A DNA stretch of 64,000 nt, from positions 1 through 64,000 of IMG/VR virus record IMGVR_UViG_3300029841_000001, one strand, 5' to 3'. Below are positions 1 through 9,489 of the stretch, piece by piece. Under the pieces are notes generated by a model. That model worked only from the letters and a program-made list of their open reading frames with translations. It searched no databases and was not told the origin of the DNA. Position 1 is the first letter of the stretch; each line of letters opens with the position of its first letter. The translations under genes and the position numbers were made by a program. This DNA is from a virus. Taxonomy: Duplodnaviria > Heunggongvirae > Uroviricota > Caudoviricetes.

Positions 1-558
1 TCGTTTAGATTTATCCTTTTTGATAATATTCTCCATTTTTTTAATTGATTCTTCGATATTCCCATCGTTTAACACAAAATAATCAATCAGATTAGACTTT
101 TCAAATATTGTAAATTCTTCACTTTCTTTTTTATAATTAGCTTCCCATGTAGAAAAATCTCCACGTTTCTTTGCTCTTTTTCGCAGCTCACTGAATGGAA
201 CATTAACCATAATAGTAACTAAATGAACATCCATTCCTTTTGTTTTAAGTTTTAATTCATAATATCCAGTGGGATTGATAATGTAGAAATCATTATCTAA
301 GATTTGTTGTTTCGTTGCAAAGCTGCAATAATTTACACGTTCCGTATAAGCAATCATATCATTACGATATTTTTCTACTTCATTGGAAGAGATAAATATA
401 TGATCGCAATTCTCATCTGTTTCGTTCTCTCTTCTTTGTCGAGTAGTATACGATTTTAATACTTTCATGTTCAGATTATTCGCTGTTTTTTGGGTAATGG
501 TTGATTTACCCGAAGATGTTCTTCCCAATACACAATATACTGTATGTATAATAATCAC
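1..558 (-). CDS. Guanylate-kinase-like (d)NMP kinase, partial; C-terminus runs off the window start
   Basis: Minus-strand frame reads ...GRTSSGKSTITQK (P-loop) then KSYTTRQRRENETDENCDHIFIS, matching the guanylate-kinase S-x-TTR-x-x-R motif. A GTG start follows an AGGAGG RBS at ~558-566. No stop before position 1. The ORF track omits it because it is open-ended with a GTG start. Confidence 0.5.
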   Translation of the reverse strand, partial: MIIIHTVYCVLGRTSSGKSTITQKTANNLNMKVLKSYTTRQRRENETDENCDHIFISSNEVEKYRNDMIAYTERVNYCSFATKQQILDNDFYIINPTGYYELKLKTKGMDVHLVTIMVNVPFSELRKRAKKRGDFSTWEANYKKESEEFTIFEKSNLIDYFVLNDGNIEESIKKMENIIKKDKSKR

Positions 559-562
559 CCTC

Positions 563-733
563 CTATTCTTCTGTATAATCGGTTGCAATTATTCCGAAAC
601 AAATTTTATACATTCTTTTCTGAAACCAATTTAAATGTTTGTCTACTTTAATTGTTAATACGTATTTATTACTTCCGAGTTTTAATAAAGTTCCATTTTT
701 TATTTTTGATGGTGATTCAATAGTTCCAATCAT
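563..733 (-). CDS. Small hypothetical protein (56 aa)
   Basis: ATG..TAG ORF read by hand (MIGTIESPSKIKNGTLLKLGSNKYVLTIKVDKHLNWFQKRMYKICFGIIATDYTEE) filling the gap between the kinase and the ThyA-like gene. Confidence 0.25.
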   Translation of the reverse strand: MIGTIESPSKIKNGTLLKLGSNKYVLTIKVDKHLNWFQKRMYKICFGIIATDYTEE

Positions 734-735
734 AT

Positions 736-1605
736 TTATACTCCCAATTCAAGTTTAAGTTGTGGTTTAATTGGATTATAATTTTCAAGGGAAAAATCTT
801 CGATTGAGAAATCATAGAAATTATTAGACTTAGGATTAAAATTCATTTTGACTGGTTCAAATTCATAATCATAATGTCCATTAGATGTAGATAAATCTAG
901 TTTTTGTGCATTCGCTCTATTAATAAGTTCATTCGCAGCATCAATGTGACGATCATAAATCTGCTCATTCGCTACGAAGTGTGTAAATTTACCTGCTTTA
1001 TATCCTGTTGCTTTTGCAATCATCATATGTAAACAAGCGTATTGTACTTCATTAACACCACCTGCTCCACTAGCAGTAATCATATCTCCACTTCTCTGAA
1101 TAAGACACATATCAAGATATTCACCCCTTACATTCCAAATAGTAAGGAATGCACATGGCGCAAGTCCGTCAGTTTCTCTCAGATCATTTTCTTGCCATAG
1201 CGATATGATTTTTCTTCTTCCGTATGGATTAGTTTTAATATCATTAATTAGATTATTAATTAGATCATATTTTTTTACTGTATATCCGTATCTATGACCA
1301 ATTGTTCCGTCACCAATATTCCAGTCGTTCCACCATCTTACACCCATATCTTCCATCTCAGAAATTACATTTGTAGGCTTTTGATAAATGGTAAAAATTT
1401 CTCTAATCGCACTTTTCCACGCAATAGGACGTAATGTACAAATTGGAAATTCAGTTTGAAGATTGTAAGTTCTCACAACATGATTCACAAAATATGTATA
1501 AGCTGGTGTGCCATCTTCATATTTAGGACGAGGATTTTCGTCTTTTGTTCCATTTGCAAGAATGTTACGAATATCATTCACAAGTAATAAATCTGCTCTT
1601 GTCAT
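736..1605 (-). CDS. Thymidylate synthase family protein (ThyA fold), divergent; possibly a dUMP hydroxymethylase
   Basis: The fold can be aligned to ThyA: RRKIISLWQ (ThyA RR.I.SAWNP), catalytic-Cys segment LAPCAF (ThyA PCH with His replaced by Ala), GGVNEV retaining the Asn that specifies dUMP, and NEQIY where ThyA has DTHLY. Confidence 0.6.
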   Translation of the reverse strand: MTRADLLLVNDIRNILANGTKDENPRPKYEDGTPAYTYFVNHVVRTYNLQTEFPICTLRPIAWKSAIREIFTIYQKPTNVISEMEDMGVRWWNDWNIGDGTIGHRYGYTVKKYDLINNLINDIKTNPYGRRKIISLWQENDLRETDGLAPCAFLTIWNVRGEYLDMCLIQRSGDMITASGAGGVNEVQYACLHMMIAKATGYKAGKFTHFVANEQIYDRHIDAANELINRANAQKLDLSTSNGHYDYEFEPVKMNFNPKSNNFYDFSIEDFSLENYNPIKPQLKLELGV

Positions 1606-1608
1606 ACA

Positions 1609-1878
1609 TTATTCCTCCACAATCCATTCTTTTATTGCTTCTTTATATTTATTACATAATTCTATATTATCGCAATGATAAATAACTCTGCATGGTTTGC
1701 CAATACCTACACTAAGAACTCCGAGAATACTACAAAAATCAATAACATACCGCCCGAAAATATAATCTCCATCATAATCTTTAAATCTACTATTCTTTTG
1801 CACAAATTTATTTGCATCATCTGTGCTTTTAATACACACTTTAAATTCAATCATATAAAATCCTTTCTTAATATTCAT
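1609..1878 (-). CDS. Hypothetical protein
   Basis: 89-aa ORF in the minus-strand array with a tight overlap (stop/start) with ligA. Confidence 0.4.
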   Translation of the reverse strand: MNIKKGFYMIEFKVCIKSTDDANKFVQKNSRFKDYDGDYIFGRYVIDFCSILGVLSVGIGKPCRVIYHCDNIELCNKYKEAIKEWIVEE

Positions 1879-3827
1879 TCTCCAATTAGCTGCATAAACT
1901 GTTCTTCATTGATAATTTGTACACCTAATGATTTTGCTTTCTTATTTTTACTAGAAGAAGATTCAATATCGTTGTTAATAAGAGCAAATGTCTTAGCAGA
2001 TACAGAACCAGACACTTTTCCACCATAAGATTCAATAACAGATTTTAGTTCATCTCTATTACTGTATTTCTCCAATGATCCTGTAATAACGAATGTTTTC
2101 CCTTGTAAGGTATTTTGAGTATGATTGGATTCATTAGGAATTTTAAATGTAAATTCTTTACTTAACTCAAAAACTTTATCCATGTATGTTATAGCAAATT
2201 TTTGAATATTATTACTTGCAACTACACCGATACCACCTACTTTAAGATTCCAAAAATATCCATATCCGCAAGAGAAACAATGATAAAATTTACCAAAGTT
2301 ATATTTAAAATGTTTAGCAATATCTTTACTTGCACTTTTACCAATCAGGGGTACGGAAAGTGCATAAATAAATCTGTCAAGTGTAGTTTCTCTGCTCTTT
2401 TCAATAGATTCTAATAATTTATCTACTGATTTTTTGCCGAATCCTTCAAGACTATACATTTTACCCTTATAATCAGATAGATGATAAATACTCTTAATGG
2501 AGTTTAACCAACCAAGAGAAATAAATTTCTCAAGTGTAGCTTCTGATAAATTATCCACATTTAAAGCATTTCGTGAAACTGCGTTGGAAAGTTTTCCTAA
2601 TAACTTACCTTGACAATCATCATTCATACACATAAGAACTTCTGAATCATTCTCTTTCACAATTTTAGTTTCTCCACCACAAATAGGACATTTATCTGGA
2701 ATTGTAATTTCTTCTCCGTAATTATTTTCAACTGAATCGCATTGTGGAATAATCATATTTGCTTTGTATAAATTACAAGTACATCCTTTTGTAAAACGAA
2801 ACTGTTTGAAGATACTTACATTATGAACTGATGCTCTATTAACAATCGTGCCATCAATTTCTACTGGTTCTGTTACAATTGTAGGTGTAAGAACTCCTGT
2901 TTTACCAATTGTCCATTCAATATTAATTAACTTTGTAGGATATGTTTCATCTTTCCATTTAAGAGCCATGCGACAATTTTCATGATGTGATGTACTTCCT
3001 AATTGCTTAGAAATCTCTTTATTATTTACTTCAAAAATAAGACCATCAACAGGATATTCGTAATACTCTGGCTTCATTTTTTCTACACATTTCGACACGT
3101 TAATAGATGTTGAAATATCTGTTAATCTTCGTACGGTTTCAAATCCAATACTATCAAGATAATCTAATTCTTCTGTTTTCCAAGTAAAAGACGGATGAAC
3201 CATTTCAAATACTACAAATGACAACTTTCTTTGTTTTAATATATTCAGATCGAGATTTCTAAGAGTTCCTGCCGCAAGATTTCGTGGATTAGAGTATGGG
3301 GTATCCAGAGTAGAATTAACTCTTTTAAATTCATTCCATGACATCACACATTCTCCACGCACTTCAAAAAAATGTTTATTTGGAATTGTCATTGGAATAT
3401 TATCAATAAACTTACACTGTTCTGTTACATCTTCTCCAATGATTCCATTGCCACGTGTAATTCCTTGAACAAATTTACCATCATTGTATCGAAGAACTAA
3501 TGTTAATCCATCTAGTTTATAAGAGCAATACCAATCGTAATCACGTAGAAATTTGATAATATCATTAATATCTTTTGTTTTATTTGCACTAAGCATTGGT
3601 TTACTATGAGTTACTTTTGTAAAACCATCAAGAACATAACCTTGTACTTTTTGTGTTGGTGATCCTGCGAGCGTAGTTCCCGTTTCTTTCTGAATCATCA
3701 TTAATTCATCATATAATGCATCGTATTCTTTATCACTCATAATAGGACTATCTTTCCCGTAGTATGCGTATGATGCCTTATTGAGTTCCTGGATTAACTT
3801 TTTCATTTTTTTAATATTATCTACCAT
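1875..3827 (-). CDS. ligA: NAD-dependent DNA ligase
   Basis: Adenylation motif CSYKLDGLTL (KxDG), Cys4 zinc finger (CPICGGE...CMNDDC), C-terminal BRCT-like segment (TFVITGSL...GGKVSGSVS), 650 aa. Confidence 0.85.
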   Translation of the reverse strand: MVDNIKKMKKLIQELNKASYAYYGKDSPIMSDKEYDALYDELMMIQKETGTTLAGSPTQKVQGYVLDGFTKVTHSKPMLSANKTKDINDIIKFLRDYDWYCSYKLDGLTLVLRYNDGKFVQGITRGNGIIGEDVTEQCKFIDNIPMTIPNKHFFEVRGECVMSWNEFKRVNSTLDTPYSNPRNLAAGTLRNLDLNILKQRKLSFVVFEMVHPSFTWKTEELDYLDSIGFETVRRLTDISTSINVSKCVEKMKPEYYEYPVDGLIFEVNNKEISKQLGSTSHHENCRMALKWKDETYPTKLINIEWTIGKTGVLTPTIVTEPVEIDGTIVNRASVHNVSIFKQFRFTKGCTCNLYKANMIIPQCDSVENNYGEEITIPDKCPICGGETKIVKENDSEVLMCMNDDCQGKLLGKLSNAVSRNALNVDNLSEATLEKFISLGWLNSIKSIYHLSDYKGKMYSLEGFGKKSVDKLLESIEKSRETTLDRFIYALSVPLIGKSASKDIAKHFKYNFGKFYHCFSCGYGYFWNLKVGGIGVVASNNIQKFAITYMDKVFELSKEFTFKIPNESNHTQNTLQGKTFVITGSLEKYSNRDELKSVIESYGGKVSGSVSAKTFALINNDIESSSSKNKKAKSLGVQIINEEQFMQLIGE

Positions 3828-4057
3828 AACCCTCTATAGCTCCTTAATCCAATATCCATAATCCTGTCAAATGGGTGTTCATCTTCTTTACATTTAATAA
3901 CTCCAATAAACACAACATCATTACCTGTATGATAAGTTTGTTTGTATTCTAAAAGCCAGTCCCATGCATTTTGCATATTTTTGAATTTGTTTCCCATCAC
4001 ACCGCCATTATGACCATATTTAATACATGGAACATATACATAATGCTTTTTACTCAT
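3821..4057 (-). CDS. Hypothetical protein
   Basis: 78-aa ORF contiguous in the operon array. Confidence 0.35.
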   Translation of the reverse strand: MSKKHYVYVPCIKYGHNGGVMGNKFKNMQNAWDWLLEYKQTYHTGNDVVFIGVIKCKEDEHPFDRIMDIGLRSYRGLW

Positions 4058-4272
4058 TTATTCTCCTTATAATACGGACTTTTCTTTGCATATTCTTTCA
4101 AATACTTTAACATCTCTGCTTCTTCTGGAAAGAATGGATCTCGTTTATATTCAAATGCAACATAATTAAAAAAATTCACCATAAACTGACCAAATCTCCA
4201 ATCTGGATAGCATTGTATCCATATTCTTTCTAATTCTTTTATAAACACTGGTATTCTATTAGTATCTCTCAT
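4054..4272 (-). CDS. Hypothetical protein
   Basis: 72-aa ORF, start/stop overlap with neighbours. Confidence 0.35.
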   Translation of the reverse strand: MRDTNRIPVFIKELERIWIQCYPDWRFGQFMVNFFNYVAFEYKRDPFFPEEAEMLKYLKEYAKKSPYYKENK

Positions 4273-4289
4273 GTTTTCTCCTATGAAAT

Positions 4290-4601
4290 TTATTCATCAT
4301 CTACTTTTACAAACTCAAATATTGAGTTTTCGGTTTCTATCGTAATATATTTTACGATCCCTTCTAAATCATTAATAGTAATATAGTTTTTAACACAACT
4401 TGTTTTCAAAAGACTAAACTTCATTGAAGTACCATCAGAATCTATTATGTATTGAATGATCAGTGGATAACCAATCTCGATATAATCAATATCAAGTTTT
4501 ACAACTCTACCAATCCGTTGAGGATATCTATCATCTATTCTATCAGTGCCACGTTCACCGCATGTACCACTATGTTTGATACTTGTAATTTTGCATAACA
4601 T
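4290..4601 (-). CDS. Hypothetical protein
   Basis: 103-aa ORF. Confidence 0.35.
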   Translation of the reverse strand: MLCKITSIKHSGTCGERGTDRIDDRYPQRIGRVVKLDIDYIEIGYPLIIQYIIDSDGTSMKFSLLKTSCVKNYITINDLEGIVKYITIETENSIFEFVKVDDE

Positions 4602-4615
4602 TTTATTTTATTCTC

Positions 4616-4897
4616 CTAATCTTCTACAGTAATCCATTTCTTAACTTTGACTTCTTTAAGTTCTACTTCTGTGCATTCAATTTCATCATCATATTCCCAA
4701 GGTCTTTCATCCTGACATTCTGTTGCACCTTCTGAATATGTAGTCATGTAAAACTTTCCATTATCTTCAAATACAATCTCATGGATAATCGACCACCGAG
4801 TAGTATTTACAATCCTATCAACAATAGTATTGTCATACGGTAAATCAAGTTCATCCATTAAATAATCTTTACTAAATACTTTTGTTCTTGTCATCAT
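4616..4897 (-). CDS. Hypothetical protein
   Basis: 93-aa ORF. Confidence 0.35.
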   Translation of the reverse strand: MMTRTKVFSKDYLMDELDLPYDNTIVDRIVNTTRWSIIHEIVFEDNGKFYMTTYSEGATECQDERPWEYDDEIECTEVELKEVKVKKWITVED

Positions 4898-4898
4898 A

Positions 4899-5810
4899 TT
4901 ATTCTCCTTCTACAATTCCCCAACCTTTACAAGTAGGGCATTCACAATATTTTTTGTTAATCTGTGACATAAGCTCTGTTAAAAATTTCTCTACTTTATT
5001 TTGTAAATCTTGATAATTTTCTCCGATAATAGATGGAGCTTTTACACAATCTTTTCCAAAATCTGTAGATGTTGAATTTTTAAAATCAATAATCGTTTCT
5101 GTTTTATGTGAAATCATACGATTAACCCACTTAGGCTTTCTTTTTCTTTTACTGAATAGATTATTATTTGTATCAATTAAAATATTGTATGGATCAGCCA
5201 ATGCGATTTTCTTCTTTACTTCAAAATGAAAATCATAATCAGATGTGATATCAGCAACATTAGTATCAATATTTGCTTTAACATAATTTCTTATAATCTT
5301 TAACATTTCATCACAATCTAGTTTGCAAGGTTTGTCTTGATATGCTTCTTCTGGATATTCAATTTGTGTGAGTAAATCTGTTTTTGCATTATATTTATTG
5401 GGAACAAACTCAAAATTTTCTCTTGAGTAAATTTCTTTAATTTCAAATTCAATTGGTTCATATTCTCCTGGAATAGTGTCATACTTATAGTTATATAATC
5501 CAATTACTTCATCGTATTCTTCACTTTGTTCCATTTCTTGTGTGATAATCTGTGGCATGAGTTCTGTTGCAGTATATCCTGCTTTCAGTTCATACCTAAC
5601 ATTAATACGTTTATCTTCTTGCTTTGCTGCTACAACTTTAGGAATACTATTAAGTTTAAACCATCTATCTTTATTTGTTTTCTCTGGTACTTCACCATCA
5701 AATAAGTATCTAGTTAAGTCTGTAACTCCATAATAATCTTCATCTGCTATGTAAATATAGTTTTTACAGTTAATTACTTTAAGTTTTAATAGATTTTCTT
5801 TACTATACAT
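4899..5810 (-). CDS. Hypothetical protein with C-terminal zinc ribbon
   Basis: 303 aa, C-terminal CECPTCKGWG. Confidence 0.4.
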   Translation of the reverse strand: MYSKENLLKLKVINCKNYIYIADEDYYGVTDLTRYLFDGEVPEKTNKDRWFKLNSIPKVVAAKQEDKRINVRYELKAGYTATELMPQIITQEMEQSEEYDEVIGLYNYKYDTIPGEYEPIEFEIKEIYSRENFEFVPNKYNAKTDLLTQIEYPEEAYQDKPCKLDCDEMLKIIRNYVKANIDTNVADITSDYDFHFEVKKKIALADPYNILIDTNNNLFSKRKRKPKWVNRMISHKTETIIDFKNSTSTDFGKDCVKAPSIIGENYQDLQNKVEKFLTELMSQINKKYCECPTCKGWGIVEGE

Positions 5811-5812
5811 AT

Positions 5813-6094
5813 TTATTCTCCCATATCATGAAATTCTCTACCATTAAGAATATTAATTAGTGCATTTTTATCTCTTTCTAATGCAAGCGAATATGAACAT
5901 TTTGCAATAGAATCAGATTGGGACAATGGTTTTCTTTCTAATTCTTCATTAATTTTCTTATCAAGAAAATCTACAAATCTCCATAAACGATCTTCAATAG
6001 AAGGAATTAATTTGCCATGAATGTTACCATTTGTATCAAGCTGTATATCAGCAACGTTGCACTTATTGAAGTTGGCTACTTCTTTCTTACTCAA
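5813..6094 (-). CDS. Hypothetical protein
   Basis: 93-aa ORF. Confidence 0.35.
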   Translation of the reverse strand: MSKKEVANFNKCNVADIQLDTNGNIHGKLIPSIEDRLWRFVDFLDKKINEELERKPLSQSDSIAKCSYSLALERDKNALINILNGREFHDMGE

Positions 6095-6204
6095 CCATTT
6101 AATCCATTTGTTGCATTTTTTACAATACAGTCCTGTCTGTGTACCACTTTCTTTTGTGTAAAACTCCTCACATCCACACTTATTACATTTTTCTGGAATA
6201 ATAG

Positions 6205-6278
6205 TTGTTCACCTCTTTTCTTATATACTATATATAGTGTTTATTTTAGTTTAATACACTATATATAGCATTGTTTTT
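6205..6278. promoter_or_regulatory. Intergenic inverted-repeat element (TATACTATATATAGTGT ... ACACTATATATAGCAT)
   Basis: Palindromic CTATATATAG-containing arms separated by ~20 nt in a non-coding gap between two minus-strand genes. The same core recurs at 42930-43000. Confidence 0.4.
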
Positions 6279-6299
6279 GCCATGAAATTCTGCTTTCAT

Positions 6300-6569
6300 T
6301 TAGTTATTTTCTTTTATTAGATTTATTGTCATCATGCTTCCAGGGGTTTCATAATATGAATCCTCTAAATATGCTATTTTATATTCATAATACGGTTGCA
6401 AAGCACTATCTATAATTCTTACCTCAGATAATTCAATTGGTTCTTTTAAGTTTGCTTCGTGTATAATCACATTTACATAAATTTTATCATCATACCCCAT
6501 TAAGAATAATTGAATTAAATCTGCTAGTCTAACATTAGGTTGTAAATCAAGTAAATTATCGAATGTCAT
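6300..6569 (-). CDS. Hypothetical protein
   Basis: 89-aa ORF. Confidence 0.35.
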   Translation of the reverse strand: MTFDNLLDLQPNVRLADLIQLFLMGYDDKIYVNVIIHEANLKEPIELSEVRIIDSALQPYYEYKIAYLEDSYYETPGSMMTINLIKENN

Positions 6570-6603
6570 ATCTTATACTCCTTTAAACTTTATAAAATAA
6601 GAA

Positions 6604-7128
6604 TTATCTAATTCTCAAACTTTCTCTCTGTGGTTCTAAATGACACCATTCACAATTAAGTGATCCATCTTGTCCTTCTAGCCCATTTTCCTTTAAATAA
6701 TCTCTCAGCTTTTCTCCATCAACAGCATCAGGTTGTTTAATTCTATATTCCTCTGGAATATTTTCTACATCAACATCAATTGTGAGTTTACGCTTCCCAC
6801 CATTTTTCTGAATATTAAATGAGAATAAATCTGTTGTAAATTTCTTCTTTCCAATTGTTCTCATGCACATTTCAAGATTTTGTTTTAACCACTTGATTCT
6901 ATTTTCATATGTTTTCTTTCTTGCCGTTAATCTATCATTCTCTTTTGAAATCCCATCAATATCAGATTCAAGAGATCGAATAATCTTAGCGTAGTTATCT
7001 GCTTTATTTTCGATTTCTCCGTCCAATGCTTCAAGTGTGTCAATGATTGTTTGCTCATCAACTTCCTCATCTTCTAACATATTCATAAGTTCCAGATATT
7101 CTCCTGTGAGTTCATAAATACTTGACAT
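6604..7128 (-). CDS. Siphovirus Gp157-family protein
   Basis: N-terminus MSSIYELTGEYLELMNMLEDEE...DTLEALDGEIENKADNYAKIIRSLE followed by coiled coil is characteristic of the Gp157 family. It sits immediately upstream of the RecD-like helicase, as is usual. Confidence 0.6.
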   Translation of the reverse strand: MSSIYELTGEYLELMNMLEDEEVDEQTIIDTLEALDGEIENKADNYAKIIRSLESDIDGISKENDRLTARKKTYENRIKWLKQNLEMCMRTIGKKKFTTDLFSFNIQKNGGKRKLTIDVDVENIPEEYRIKQPDAVDGEKLRDYLKENGLEGQDGSLNCEWCHLEPQRESLRIR

Positions 7129-7131
7129 ATA

Positions 7132-9489
7132 TTAATTCTCCTTTTCTTTTAATCTTTTTGCATTTTCAAGTAACATATCTTTTAAAAATGTTTGTTTGGT
7201 TTTAACTTCTTTTGTTTGAATAGCTTTTACAACAGCATAATTATTTGCAACGAGAATACAATATTTTTTAGCTCTGGTAATTGCAGTATAAAGTAATTCT
7301 GAATTATTCATTATGTAGCTGCTATTATCTAATCCAACAATTGTTGAACAGAATCCAGATCCTTGAAGTTTATGTACGGTACACGCATACCCTAGCTCAA
7401 GATTTTTACAATCGGATTTTGTAAATAATACTTCTCCAACACCAATAAAATCTATTGTACACATTCCATTCTTTTCAATTTCTTTTACAATTCCCATGTT
7501 TCCATTGAATACAGGAGTTGTATCACCTTCTGAATTAATACACTTGTAATTGTTTTTTGTATTAATAACCTTATCTCCTGCTCTAATAATATATTTTTTT
7601 GCTTCGTCATTTTTCTTTTCTAAGAAAATTTCAATTTCATTGCAATTACTTAATTTGGGGTTGTAAATGGATTGAATTTTAGAATTTAGATTATAACAGG
7701 ATAATTCTCCACGCAATCTCATAGGAACACACACTTGAACTTCCATAACGTCGTGAAATTTTTCTAATTCTATTTGAAAATGTTTTATGATTTTATCTGA
7801 TATAGATTCTTCATTTCTTTTTCCAGAAATGTCAAACTCCATATCTTTTAATTCTCCAATAACTGTATTTCCTGTATAATCCCCATCAAAGATTTGTTGC
7901 TGATTGGCAATTTTGATCGAAGTTGGAATGATGCCACTTCTCAAGGCTTGTCTATGTGGTTTACTTAATTTCACTACTGGTAAAACATTACTATCAAGAA
8001 TATCAGCAAATACTTGACAATTACCAATTGGTGTAAGCTGTTGTACATCACCCATGATAATTACTTTTGCACCTGTTGGAATTGCTTCAAGCAAGGATAA
8101 AAACAATGTACCATTTATCATAGTTGCTTCATCAATCAAAACAATATCAACTGCTAATTTATTATCTTTGTTAAACATAAATTCACCATTTTGATATCCT
8201 AAAGCTCTATGAATTGTACTAGCTGGAAGTCCCGTAGCTTCGGTAATTCTTACACTGGCTTTTCCCGATAACGCACAAGCCAAAATACTATACCCACTGT
8301 ATAATGAACATATTCCATTTGCAGTTGAAGTTTTACCTGATCCTGCTCCACCAGTTAGAGTCATAACATGATTATCCAGGCTAAGTTTAATTGCGGCTCT
8401 TTGTTCATCAGTAAACATAAATCCTTGTTCTTCTTCTACCTTTTCTGTAATTGTTTCCCAATTTCCTATATTAAATGATTTAGGAACATAATCATCATGA
8501 ATACTATCAAGAATACTATCAACTTTATTTGAATCATTTTCTACTACTTTTACAAGTCCAATTTGAAGTCTAAATAATTCATTCATGATATTTTTCTCCA
8601 AATCGTAGAATTTTTTTAATGCTATTTTAGAACCATTATCAAGTACAACTACATCCTTATTATCAATCATTTGCTTTGCTGTACTGTTGATAATCTCTTC
8701 TGGAACAAAACCTAATGTATCGTATAAAGCTTTCATGAGTTCTTGATAGTTTAAATAACTTTTACCAGCTTCTCCTCGATCATTCAAATAGTATAATAAA
8801 AATCCTTTGATTCTTCTAATGTCATATTGAGTTATTCCAACTTTACAAGCAACCTCATCAGCTTTCTTAAAACCGATTCCGTCAACACGAAGCAAATCGT
8901 ATGGATTATTTTTTACAATATCAATCACTGTGTCTGGTGATTTATAAAAATCTACAAGCTTTTTGATAAATGTATGTGTGAATCCTAACTGACCTAATTC
9001 CATATAAATAGAACTATAATCTTTAGATTCCTCATATTCATCAATCATTCTTAAAGCTACTTGATTCCCAATTCCTTTTATTTTCATTAATGATTTAACA
9101 TCTCTATTTTCAAGTAATTTAATGACATCATCATATTCATCAAAAAGTTTTTCTACTAAATTTTCATTCAAAACATTTTTCAAAAACTCTTTTTGTTTAT
9201 CCTTACTTGAAATATCAATACATTTACTAATATAAATTAATCCATATGTATCTCCGTATATTTCATGAGTTTCTGCTAATTTGCAAAATACTTTATATGT
9301 AGTTCCATATTCAAGTGTACATGTTGTTCCTTTTAATTTAATGGTTTCGATTTCATCAATTTTATTATCTATCCATTTCGTTATTCTCATGCTGAATATT
9401 GCAAAGTCACCAGATTGTACTTTTTTACTATACTTTGGATAGATAATTCTATCCAAAGCACATTCAAATTTTAAAATTTTCTCTTCCAT
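7132..9489 (-). CDS. RecD-like SF1 DNA helicase
   Basis: Walker A TLTGGAGSGKT, Walker B LIDEATM, SF1 helicase C-terminal motifs (CTVHKLQGS), N-terminal HhH-like region; 785 aa. Confidence 0.8.
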   Translation of the reverse strand: MEEKILKFECALDRIIYPKYSKKVQSGDFAIFSMRITKWIDNKIDEIETIKLKGTTCTLEYGTTYKVFCKLAETHEIYGDTYGLIYISKCIDISSKDKQKEFLKNVLNENLVEKLFDEYDDVIKLLENRDVKSLMKIKGIGNQVALRMIDEYEESKDYSSIYMELGQLGFTHTFIKKLVDFYKSPDTVIDIVKNNPYDLLRVDGIGFKKADEVACKVGITQYDIRRIKGFLLYYLNDRGEAGKSYLNYQELMKALYDTLGFVPEEIINSTAKQMIDNKDVVVLDNGSKIALKKFYDLEKNIMNELFRLQIGLVKVVENDSNKVDSILDSIHDDYVPKSFNIGNWETITEKVEEEQGFMFTDEQRAAIKLSLDNHVMTLTGGAGSGKTSTANGICSLYSGYSILACALSGKASVRITEATGLPASTIHRALGYQNGEFMFNKDNKLAVDIVLIDEATMINGTLFLSLLEAIPTGAKVIIMGDVQQLTPIGNCQVFADILDSNVLPVVKLSKPHRQALRSGIIPTSIKIANQQQIFDGDYTGNTVIGELKDMEFDISGKRNEESISDKIIKHFQIELEKFHDVMEVQVCVPMRLRGELSCYNLNSKIQSIYNPKLSNCNEIEIFLEKKNDEAKKYIIRAGDKVINTKNNYKCINSEGDTTPVFNGNMGIVKEIEKNGMCTIDFIGVGEVLFTKSDCKNLELGYACTVHKLQGSGFCSTIVGLDNSSYIMNNSELLYTAITRAKKYCILVANNYAVVKAIQTKEVKTKQTFLKDMLLENAKRLKEKEN

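Noticed and set aside
1675-2028. Plus-strand ORFs in the track that lie inside minus-strand genes (1675..2028, 2202..2414, 5542..5733, 6017..6268, 9562..9933, 10972..11244, 17286..17513, 17640..17825, 19439..19654, 20639..20881, 21569..21826, 21663..21959, 23936..24208, 24843..25040, 25560..25838, 27278..27481, 28108..28335, 29658..29915, 30112..30327, 30882..31104, 32938..33120, 33166..33360, 35167..35460, 35728..35919, 37613..37798, 39036..40272, 40516..41028, 41452..41646, 42216..42449, 44086..44406, 45251..45493, 45834..46019, 46743..47219, 47404..47589, 48565..48807, 52810..53089, 53463..53732, 54105..54290, 60347..60589, 60856..61080)
   Set aside because: They are antisense to well-supported minus-strand genes and have low-complexity, Ile/Phe/Leu/Ser-rich translations typical of AT-rich reverse frames, with no RBS support. 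They were treated as spurious.
5318-5503. Minus-strand ORFs nested out of frame inside larger minus-strand genes (5318..5503, 27268..27450, 28547..28801, 52065..52247, 56778..56960, 21653..21856)
   Set aside because: They lie entirely within longer, motif-supported ORFs in another frame and have low-complexity translations. 21653..21856 also conflicts with a better-supported Cys-rich small ORF and with the 21780..22115 gene.
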